From the NCBI RefSeq assembly GCF_008000775.2, contig NZ_CP042905.2, positions 3,570,001 through 3,602,000 of the forward strand: a stretch of 32,000 bases of DNA, read 5' to 3'. How positions within the stretch are numbered: the first letter of the stretch is position 1; each line of letters begins with the position of its first letter. The position numbers and the translations under genes were made by a program. Below the pieces are notes generated by a model that searched no databases, was not told where the DNA came from, and saw nothing but the letters and a program-made list of their open reading frames with translations. Positions 1 to 7,334 of this stretch are shown here, one piece after another. The DNA is from Promethearchaeum syntrophicum. Lineage in GTDB: Archaea; Asgardarchaeota; Lokiarchaeia; Sigyniarchaeales; Promethearchaeaceae.

Positions 1-289
1 GCGAAAAAAATGAAGATATCTTTTGATTTATGTTAAAAAAACGCTTCTTATGTGTAAATTCTTGCCAAATCTTAATAGAGAATCGAAAATTATCAGGGGT
101 TTTTTTCTCCCATGAAATAATTGTGTTCTCTGATGGAATATTATAGAAAGTGGAATTTACTTCTGCAAAATCGAAAATTTTTGAATAATATGAAAGATAT
201 TCAGAAGGTTGCATGGTTTTTGGATAAAAAACTCCTTTCCAATCTTTATATGACCAACCTGCACATCCAACAAAAACATTAGATTCCAT
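1..289 (-). CDS. DUF72 (UPF0759, YecE-like) family protein, N-terminal part; C-terminus lies beyond the left window edge
   Basis: Not in the ORF track because it runs off the window. The reverse-strand ATG at 289-287 overlaps the upstream gene stop (TAATG). My translation is MESNVFVGCAGWSYKDWKGVFYPKTMQPSEYLSYYSKIFDFAEVNSTFYNIPSENTIISWEKKTPDNFRFSIKIWQEFTH. It carries the DUF72 hallmarks GxxGWSYxxW..FYP, NSTFY and F.F..K...TH. Confidence 0.85.
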   Translation of the reverse strand, partial: MESNVFVGCAGWSYKDWKGVFYPKTMQPSEYLSYYSKIFDFAEVNSTFYNIPSENTIISWEKKTPDNFRFSIKIWQEFTHKKRFFNINQKISSFFS

Positions 290-2472
290 TATAACCCCCT
301 TTTAGGATAATAGTTTGAATAATAGCGCTTGTAAACGACTTTTGAGCCTTTTTTATTAGGTAATTCGTAATTATTTGAAAAACTTATTCGAGATATACTG
401 GTTTTAATAATATTTTGACAAAACTCAAGAATTTTATCATAATCTCCATCGAAAGTATTTCCCTCAAGTGGAATATTTAGAGATAATTCCTTAAATTTAC
501 TCTTTCCTAGATCAGAATAAATTTGAGATAGATGATGAAAATTTAAAAATTTTGAAGATGAATTGAAGCCAAATCGATATCCGGGATGAGTTGATGGTTG
601 AAAATCAATACCTTGATCATCTAACATTTCAAGAAAGAGATCATTTTTTCTAAGAAGTTCGCTTTGAAGATGAGATTCACACAATACAAATTTAATATTT
701 TCTGAAAGGACAGAATTCTGTTTTTGTATTAATGAAAAAATGTAATCTAGTACTTTAACTGCAAATTCACGATTTTTAGGTTGATCTTTTACAAATAATC
801 CGGTTTGCAAAAAGATGAGTTCATCTAGTCCAAATAATGATATTCCACAAATTAGAGGATAAACTGAATGATAATTTTGAGTATCTTTCCAATTTTGGAA
901 GATTAGATCATTATTAAATAACAATTCAGATAAATTTTGCCATCCTGGAAACTTTAGGAGAGTTTTAGATAATAATTTAAATTTATTATCGAAATAATCG
1001 AAAATTGAAAAAATTCCTTTTTCTAAGTTAGAAAAGAACAAAGTTTCATTGTTCGATGATTCATTGAATACGCTTAATAGATTAATTGAGATTTTTTCTA
1101 TGATAAGTGAAGGTTTTATTTCATTTAATAATTCAAAATGAAGAGGAATTCCTAAATTTGTAAATATATGTTCACCATTTTTAACACCCCACTTGGAAAA
1201 TTGATTAATATTTACTTGATGTTTTAATAATAGTGATAAGATGTTTTTATGTTGAGAATTAAGTTTGGAGTAATGAGGACAATTTAAAATTTCTTTTATT
1301 TTGTTTTTAGGAAAATTTACTTCTAAAACCGGTAATTGAGACCAATTTTTGATTGTATATGATAAACTCTTATTATAAATTTCCAGTAAAGGATTAATAT
1401 CATTAAAATTAGCTATCAATGAAATTCCAAGTTTTATCTTCCAATTTTTAGTTAATTTTACGAATACTTTTGAAAATAAATGCTTTAGGTCTAGTTCTGT
1501 ATAATAAATAAGAAATTTTTCTAGAAATTCATCAAATCTGATAATAGTTAACCCTTGAGGGAAAAAATGTGAGAATAATGACAAAGATTGTTCAAAATAA
1601 TAACTAAATTCAATATATGGAAGAGAAAATGGTTCTTCTTTGGTATTTTGTTCTTCTAATGAATTATTATAAAAATTATTCAAGATTTCTATGAAATTTC
1701 GACCAGAAATTACTAATTCAAGCGGAGAAATTCCAAAATTCTTAAGATCCGTTAATAAAAATTGACCCGTAAGTAAATTATCTGCGAATTTCTGATTGAT
1801 TTTGTTTAGAAGTGTATTTTGCTCCAAGATTGCATTTCCTAATTTCGTTTCAAAAATCGTTGGATTCTCATATTCTTGAGAATTTATCAATTGTTTAATA
1901 TCATAAGGAGGTAACCCTAAACGTGTTAATTTATGACGAGTATCTTCAAGATGGAATTCAATTAAAATCGCATTTACGAATTCACGAATCAAAGGTGCTG
2001 TTAAATAGGTGATATTTGCTTTTCTTATTCTTTTTTTGGCTTCATTGGCGACTTTTTTAGCGTCTCTTAGATTTAAATTACTTTCTTCAATTATTTTTTT
2101 TTCAATTATTGACTCGTCAAAAAGCTCTAGAGTGTATTTCGAGGTTCGTACTTTAATTTTAGATCTATCAGACAGGCCTTCTTCAAAATTTCTTAGTTCT
2201 TTAACTACCCGATGACCCAAGGGAGTAATGAGATATCCTTTTTGATCTTGAATGATATAATTTGCATCTTTTAAAACATTGATATGATATGATAAATTTT
2301 TCTTTTCATTAGAAAATTTACGGATAGCTTTTTGAAGCTCTCTGTATTCAACAGGTACCAACTGATCTTGAAGTCTTTTTAAAATTTCAATTCTTGGTCT
2401 TGAAGATAAATTAGTTAGATGTTGTTCCAAAGGTATTTTATTTGAATCTTCAAAATCCATTATTATTACCAA
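289..2472 (-). CDS. Large wHTH + ATP-cone domain protein with a ~530-aa uncharacterised C-terminal region (putative nucleotide-sensing regulator)
   Basis: 727-aa ORF. aa ~20-90 (RPRIEILKRL...LSYHINVLKDANYIIQDQKGYLITPLG) look like an ArsR/PadR-type winged helix. aa ~105-185 (KIKVRTSKYTLELFDESIIEKKII...AKKVANEAKKRIRKANITYLTAPLIREFVNAILIEF) fit the ATP-cone pattern V-x-K/R-x-x-G/x...F-D-x-x-K-I. The remainder is Cys-poor with no motif I recognise. The start is TTG at 2472 or ATG at 2460. The gene sits 4-15 nt downstream of the pyrB stop. Confidence 0.6.
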   Translation of the reverse strand: MVIIMDFEDSNKIPLEQHLTNLSSRPRIEILKRLQDQLVPVEYRELQKAIRKFSNEKKNLSYHINVLKDANYIIQDQKGYLITPLGHRVVKELRNFEEGLSDRSKIKVRTSKYTLELFDESIIEKKIIEESNLNLRDAKKVANEAKKRIRKANITYLTAPLIREFVNAILIEFHLEDTRHKLTRLGLPPYDIKQLINSQEYENPTIFETKLGNAILEQNTLLNKINQKFADNLLTGQFLLTDLKNFGISPLELVISGRNFIEILNNFYNNSLEEQNTKEEPFSLPYIEFSYYFEQSLSLFSHFFPQGLTIIRFDEFLEKFLIYYTELDLKHLFSKVFVKLTKNWKIKLGISLIANFNDINPLLEIYNKSLSYTIKNWSQLPVLEVNFPKNKIKEILNCPHYSKLNSQHKNILSLLLKHQVNINQFSKWGVKNGEHIFTNLGIPLHFELLNEIKPSLIIEKISINLLSVFNESSNNETLFFSNLEKGIFSIFDYFDNKFKLLSKTLLKFPGWQNLSELLFNNDLIFQNWKDTQNYHSVYPLICGISLFGLDELIFLQTGLFVKDQPKNREFAVKVLDYIFSLIQKQNSVLSENIKFVLCESHLQSELLRKNDLFLEMLDDQGIDFQPSTHPGYRFGFNSSSKFLNFHHLSQIYSDLGKSKFKELSLNIPLEGNTFDGDYDKILEFCQNIIKTSISRISFSNNYELPNKKGSKVVYKRYYSNYYPKRGL

Positions 2473-2475
2473 TTT

Positions 2476-3399
2476 TTAAAATGTTTTAAGCAAAATTGAA
2501 GCAATTATTGCTTTTCTCATCATTAATCCGTAATAAGTTTGCTCGAAATATTTTGCACGGGGGTCCTTGTCAATTTCAGGGGAAATTTCGTTTACTCGGG
2601 GTAAAGGGTGTAAAATTATTGCATCCTTTTTTACATTTTTTAATGATTTCTTTGTTAATAGAAACGCATTTTTTACTTTATCATATTCTTCTAAGTCCCC
2701 GAACCTTTCTTTTTGAATTCTTGTCATGTAAACGACATCTAACAAAGGTAAGGTTTCTTTAAATTCAGCAGTCTCTTTAAAATTAGCTTTCTTTTGTGTT
2801 AAAGCATCTTTTACTCTATATTGCATTTTTAACTGGGTTGGGCTAATGAAATATAAATTTACCTTAAAGTTTGAAAGTAAATGTGCTAATGAATGAACAG
2901 TTCTACCGTATTTTAAATCTCCTATGAGCCCAATATTTAAACCATCTACCTTCTTTTTAAGTTCGCTTATTGCTAAAACATCTAAAAGTCCTTGAGTTGG
3001 GTGCTCTTGAGAACCATTACCTGCATTAATGATGGGCACATCAGAAAATTTTTGAGCGAGTTTGGCCGCCCCTTCTTTATCATGACGAATTACAATAAGA
3101 TCGGAGTAATTAGCAACAGTTCGGATGGTATCTGCCAGTGTTTCTCCTTTTTTTACTGAAGATACCCCAGCAGATGAAAATCCAATCACACTTCCCCCTA
3201 AATAATTCATTGCACTCTCGAAAGATAAACGAGTTCGTGTTGACGGTTCAAAAAATAACGCAGCCATAATTTTACCTTGTAATAACTTAGCATATTTTCC
3301 CTTGTCCTTTTCAATTTTTAATGCTAAATCAATCAATCTCTCGATATCTTCTCTAGAATATTGCTTTGCGCTTATTATATCAGAATTATAGAAATCCAT
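2476..3399 (-). CDS. pyrB: Aspartate carbamoyltransferase catalytic subunit
   Basis: 307 aa with the canonical ATCase motifs STRTRLSFE (carbamoyl-phosphate binding), HPTQ and HPLPRV, and a typical length. Confidence 0.95.
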   Translation of the reverse strand: MDFYNSDIISAKQYSREDIERLIDLALKIEKDKGKYAKLLQGKIMAALFFEPSTRTRLSFESAMNYLGGSVIGFSSAGVSSVKKGETLADTIRTVANYSDLIVIRHDKEGAAKLAQKFSDVPIINAGNGSQEHPTQGLLDVLAISELKKKVDGLNIGLIGDLKYGRTVHSLAHLLSNFKVNLYFISPTQLKMQYRVKDALTQKKANFKETAEFKETLPLLDVVYMTRIQKERFGDLEEYDKVKNAFLLTKKSLKNVKKDAIILHPLPRVNEISPEIDKDPRAKYFEQTYYGLMMRKAIIASILLKTF

Positions 3400-3783
3400 A
3401 TGTTTTCCCTCAAATTCTTAATTGGGAGAATAGATATTAAAATTTCTGTTTTTTAATCCCAGAATATATTAATCGATTAATGTCGCAAATTCCTAGTTAA
3501 ATCGCTCGTGAATTGGTATCAAAATGATATTGCAACTGAGAAATTTATCAATTTAGAAAATGTTCGTGAAAAGAAGTGTAAAAAAGAGGGGCTCCAGATT
3601 TAAAAAAATCTGGGCTTTTGGGTAGCCATATCATAAAGGTTTAGGTTTTTTTTATTCATGATTTTCGTTCTCCTGTTTTTTTTTGTTAATTAAATCTAAT
3701 TTAATAAAATTAAATGAACACCTAAACATGATGGAGGCCAAAATTTATCATAAAAAAAAATACAAATTATAATTCAATTCTAA

Positions 3784-4860
3784 TTAATCGCTGCGTTTTT
3801 TTATTTTTGAAATTAAATTTCCTCCATATCCAAAAACTAGTGCAATTGCAAATAATATAATCGGAATCCAAAGAAATTCAAATGAAAGAAACTTGCTTAA
3901 ATCCCGTCCATATCCCCATGAACTATATAACCAGACCATAAATAATACATAGGCAAGAGAAACCATAATATGAACAATTCTTGGCCAGCCTAACCCATAC
4001 ATATACCCAAGTATAAACATTGCAAGAAATCCCAAGAAGAACATAGGCCACATACTATTTTGGAGGGAAATATCTGCTGCTTGAGCCTGCCATACTGCCA
4101 CTAGAGCGCCGTGAATAGCAACTAATGATTCCAATAAGACGGTCCAATATTTATTAGTGTGAATCCTAGTATACATTAAAGACCCTTGTAGTAATAAGAG
4201 AAACATATAGAGAAACCCCCATATATGTGCTAGTGTTCCTGTCGCGGGATGAAACCAGAAAGTGTAGATGAGTGCCCAAGAAATATAATAACCATGATAT
4301 TTTCGGAAAAATCGAATAACATTTTTCTTAAAATTAATTTTCTTTCCAAAAATAAATCCACGCCTTGGAGTTTCCATTACAATAATAATAGATAACATTA
4401 AAATAACACTACCTTGGGATGTCCAGATAGGAGCATCTTGAGCAGTTTTATCATAAAACAATTGTGTATGGATTATATGCAATAAAATAAAAAACAAATT
4501 CCCAAATAAAGAAACGTAATTTAGTTTCTTTAATTCTTCAGTTGTTTTATATTTCTGTTTTTGTGCAGAATAGATTGTAACCCAAATGAAGATCTGATGC
4601 ACTGCATACAGAAACCATGCTGAAAACATTATCCAAAAATTTCTCTCTGGTAATTTCCAATAATACCAAGCTGCCCCCTGATCTGGAGATAAAATATCTT
4701 CAAATTTTGAAAGATTAGGAGTTAATATCCAAATCAAGAAAATAATCACGAGACTTATTATAATTCCAATGATTAAAGCCACTGAAGCCGAATTTAGTTT
4801 TTTTAAGGTAGATGTAGGTTGTTCTTCGATTTTTTCATGACCTTCAATTTCAGATGACAT
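3784..4860 (-). CDS. Polytopic integral membrane protein, function unknown
   Basis: 358-aa ORF with roughly 9-10 hydrophobic segments and several intramembrane His/Trp (HIIHTQLF, FWFHPATG, VAIHGALV). I recognise no family signature. Confidence 0.6.
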   Translation of the reverse strand: MSSEIEGHEKIEEQPTSTLKKLNSASVALIIGIIISLVIIFLIWILTPNLSKFEDILSPDQGAAWYYWKLPERNFWIMFSAWFLYAVHQIFIWVTIYSAQKQKYKTTEELKKLNYVSLFGNLFFILLHIIHTQLFYDKTAQDAPIWTSQGSVILMLSIIIVMETPRRGFIFGKKINFKKNVIRFFRKYHGYYISWALIYTFWFHPATGTLAHIWGFLYMFLLLLQGSLMYTRIHTNKYWTVLLESLVAIHGALVAVWQAQAADISLQNSMWPMFFLGFLAMFILGYMYGLGWPRIVHIMVSLAYVLFMVWLYSSWGYGRDLSKFLSFEFLWIPIILFAIALVFGYGGNLISKIKKRSD

Positions 4861-5090
4861 ATTTATTATTCTTCAATATTCAATATAACCTTTCATCTGA
4901 AAAACTAAAATAAAATTCCCTATATTTCCTTTTAAGTATAAATGAAGTGTTTTATCGGAACGCAAAATTGAAATTTAGATTGAATTAACACTCAGTTTCA
5001 ATCCTAATATAATGATAGCTTTATTGAAAATCAAAAAATTAAAATCAAATAAAATACTCATGAATTCATTATTGAGTGAGTTTGAATATA

Positions 5091-5372
5091 ATGAAATTTC
5101 CTAAGAATAAAAAAATTTATTGCGCTAAATGTAAAAAACACACACCCCACAAATGTAGTATCTACAAAAAGGGGAAAGACAGTATGATGGCACATGGAAA
5201 AAGACGACTCGAGCGTAAAAAGGTAGGGTATGGATCTTTTCCTAAACCAATCCAACATAACCAATGTAAAGTTAATAAAAAGACCACTCCTCTTTATAAG
5301 TGTGCCGAATGTGGACATGTTCAAGTTGGTAAAGCCCAACGTCTTAAGAAATTTGAAATACTTAACAAATAA
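5091..5372 (+). CDS. rpl44e: 50S ribosomal protein L44e (eL42)
   Basis: MKFPKNKKIYCAKCKKHTPHKCSIYKKGKDS...KCAECGHV is the typical L44e zinc-ribbon pattern (CxxC...CxxC) on a basic body. The track ORF starts at a GTG at 5076. The ATG at 5091 gives the family-typical MKxPK N-terminus. Confidence 0.93.
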   Translation: MKFPKNKKIYCAKCKKHTPHKCSIYKKGKDSMMAHGKRRLERKKVGYGSFPKPIQHNQCKVNKKTTPLYKCAECGHVQVGKAQRLKKFEILNK

Positions 5373-5593
5373 TGAAATTTATGGTGAATAATGCTTTGAA
5401 TGATAATGATAATTTAATTCCGCAACCAAAAAGTCGATTTTTACGAATCAAGTGTTTGAATTGCGGGGCTGAGCAAATAGTGTTTGGTTGTGCTACTGTA
5501 GAGGTTCGCTGCTTCGTTTGTGATAAACAACTAGTTCAATCAACAGGTGGTAAAGCGCGAATACTTACAAAGATATCGGATGTTTTATCCTAA
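5372..5593 (+). CDS. rps27e: 30S ribosomal protein S27e (eS27)
   Basis: RFLRIKCLNCGAEQIVFGCATVEVRCFVCDKQLVQSTGGKARI is the S27e zinc ribbon followed by the GGKA motif. Its start overlaps the L44e stop (TAATG). Confidence 0.93.
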   Translation: MKFMVNNALNDNDNLIPQPKSRFLRIKCLNCGAEQIVFGCATVEVRCFVCDKQLVQSTGGKARILTKISDVLS

Positions 5594-5963
5594 TTTAAGA
5601 AGGACTCAGGCGAATTCTGTGATTCATTTTTGTCCTAATTGCGAAAAAATCCTTCGAAAGAAAAGGAACTCCGATACTATTGTTTTATTTTGTCCTATTT
5701 GTAATTATACTGAACCATATACTAAAGGAAAACGGGAAAAGAAAATCAGTAAGAAAACTGAGAAGAAAATTATTGATAATAAAACCCGAATCGTTGAAGG
5801 AGAATCAGATGCCCATCAACATTTGCCTACCACAAAAGTAGAATGTCCCGAATGTCATGAATGGTTGGCTTATTATGAGCAATATCAAACGAGATCAGCC
5901 GATGAACCGGCAACCACGTTTTATACCTGTTGCTCTTGTAAACACAAATGGCGCGAATATTAA
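5580..5963 (+). CDS. tfs: Transcription factor S (TFIIS/RpoM-type transcript cleavage factor)
   Basis: N-terminal zinc ribbon FCPNCEKIL...FCPICNY. C-terminal TFIIS-type ribbon CPECHEWLAYYEQYQTRSADEPATTFYTCCSCKHKW with the acidic QTRSADEP loop. The start is uncertain. The track start at 5547 overlaps S27e by 47 nt. I prefer the ATG at 5580, and the GTG at 5619 (giving M-IHFCPNC) is also plausible. The inter-ribbon linker is a long K-rich stretch. Confidence 0.88.
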   Translation: MFYPNLRRTQANSVIHFCPNCEKILRKKRNSDTIVLFCPICNYTEPYTKGKREKKISKKTEKKIIDNKTRIVEGESDAHQHLPTTKVECPECHEWLAYYEQYQTRSADEPATTFYTCCSCKHKWREY

Positions 5964-5981
5964 ATATAAATAAAATTTTTT

Positions 5982-6338
5982 TTATGTAATTTTCTTGGAT
6001 AATTCCATTGACTTTAAAAATAATATAAAATTCATTTTTTCCATATTTTGTATTATATGTGCAGCTATAAATTGTACCCCATCACCACCGATAGATAATT
6101 CCCCAAAAACGCGGTAAAGAGTACCTTCCTTAATATTGCTAAATTCATCTGGGATTGAACGAACATGAATTCTTCCGTTTTTATCATCTAAATAGAATTC
6201 ATCGCTTGCGTTAATAGAATCAGCGTACCCAATGATCTGAACAGCACTATCATCAAGTTGAATATCAGAAATCAATCTTTTTTGATAGGTTTCGTTTGTT
6301 TTATTTGATTCAAATTCATCTGAAAAATCATTTTCCAT
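5982..6338 (-). CDS. Small OB-fold protein, RPA2/RPA3/Stn1-like (putative ssDNA-binding subunit)
   Basis: 118 aa. The pattern VQIIGYADSI....FYLDDKNGRIHV....(loop)..EGTLYRVFGEL.....VQFIAAHIIQNMEKMNFILFL follows the RPA32/Stn1 OB-fold consensus (vvG.v......f.ldD.tG.i.v......g.yv.v.G.l....i.a..i..v.d.ne). It is divergent from the PCNA gene. The assignment rests on pattern only. Confidence 0.4.
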   Translation of the reverse strand: MENDFSDEFESNKTNETYQKRLISDIQLDDSAVQIIGYADSINASDEFYLDDKNGRIHVRSIPDEFSNIKEGTLYRVFGELSIGGDGVQFIAAHIIQNMEKMNFILFLKSMELSKKIT

Positions 6339-6479
6339 TGTGATCTAATAAATTAAATTCCCGTCAAATTTAAAATTCGAGTTTTATTGAACTGTTAATA
6401 TATACACATAAAAAATCTTTAATTGAAATAATAATTAGAATATCAATATTACGAATAAAAATCATAAAGGAAAATAAAA

Positions 6480-7280
6480 ATGGCATTCACAGCAAAAATA
6501 AAAGATAGTAAAGTTGTAAAAGGAATTTTTGAAGCCGTTAGCTCAATTATTACGGAAACATTCTTAGATATTGATCCAGATAAAGGGATTTCAATGGTAG
6601 CTATGGATTTATCTCATATCTGTCTTGTTTCTCTATTAATTGCGAAAGAGGATCTTGATGAATTTAAAGCAGATAAAAAACTCAAAATTGCAATTAATCT
6701 TGAAGATTTTGTTAAAATTGTTAAGCGCGCTAATCCACAAGATGAAATAGTTTTCAAAGATGACTCTGCTGCTAAACGTTTTATTATTGAAATGAAACCA
6801 GAAACAGCTAAGAAGGCACGAAGATTTACTATTTCAATGATTGATATCGATGAGGAGCGAATTGGTCCAGAATCTCTTGAACAACTAGAATTTTACAATC
6901 AAACTACTTTCAAACTTAAATTCTTAGATGAAGCTATAAAAGATGCGGAAATATTTTCTGATGCACTAGAAATTGTGGCTGATAAAAATCTGAGCTTTTC
7001 TACAAATGGAAATATCGGAGATATGACCTATGAATTAGAAAAAGAAGAATTAATCAGCTCCGATTTTACTCAGAAAAGTGAAGGGATCTTTGGATTAGAA
7101 TTTTTAAAAAATATTTTAAAGGTATCTGCAGTTTCCACTAATGTAGAAATGTCAATGGCAAGTGATTTACCTATTAAAATGGTATTTGATATTTTAAATT
7201 CCAGTAGAATAGTCTATTATCTAGCACCAAGAACTGAAGATGAAGATAACGACGAAGACGACAGTCTTTATGAAGATTAA
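6480..7280 (+). CDS. pcn: DNA polymerase sliding clamp (PCNA)
   Basis: 266 aa. The N-terminus MAFTAKIKDSKVVKGIFEAVSSIITETFLDIDPDKGISMVAMDLSHICLVSL is typical PCNA (f.a....a..lk.....l..l..e......G......D.shv.lv.l). The length implies two domains. The C-terminal tail is acidic (EDEDNDEDDSLYED). Confidence 0.9.
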   Translation: MAFTAKIKDSKVVKGIFEAVSSIITETFLDIDPDKGISMVAMDLSHICLVSLLIAKEDLDEFKADKKLKIAINLEDFVKIVKRANPQDEIVFKDDSAAKRFIIEMKPETAKKARRFTISMIDIDEERIGPESLEQLEFYNQTTFKLKFLDEAIKDAEIFSDALEIVADKNLSFSTNGNIGDMTYELEKEELISSDFTQKSEGIFGLEFLKNILKVSAVSTNVEMSMASDLPIKMVFDILNSSRIVYYLAPRTEDEDNDEDDSLYED

Positions 7281-7334
7281 AAAAAAAGAAAAAATTTTTT
7301 CAATTTCTTATTTCAGAAGTTGTTCGAGAGCAAT

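Noticed and set aside
3594-3613. A perfect 8-bp hairpin, CCAGATTT-AAAA-AAATCTGG, in the 384-nt spacer upstream of pyrB. On the minus strand it is followed by a T6 run, making it a possible terminator or regulatory stem.
   Set aside because: It lies about 170 nt beyond the stop of the upstream membrane gene, and oligo-T runs closer to that stop (around 3750-3760) are the more likely archaeal terminators. By rough reasoning, an 8-bp inverted repeat is expected by chance about once per spacer length in 32 kb of this composition. A 35-codon minus-strand ORF covering it (MNKKNLNLYDMATQKPRFF...) has no support.
5547-5579. The track start for tfs at 5547 (MVKREYLQRYR...), which gives a 47-nt overlap with S27e.
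   Set aside because: The extension has no counterpart in TFS proteins, which begin a few residues before the first CxxC. The ATG at 5580 or the GTG at 5619 are more plausible. The first 33 nt are most likely just S27e coding sequence read out of frame.
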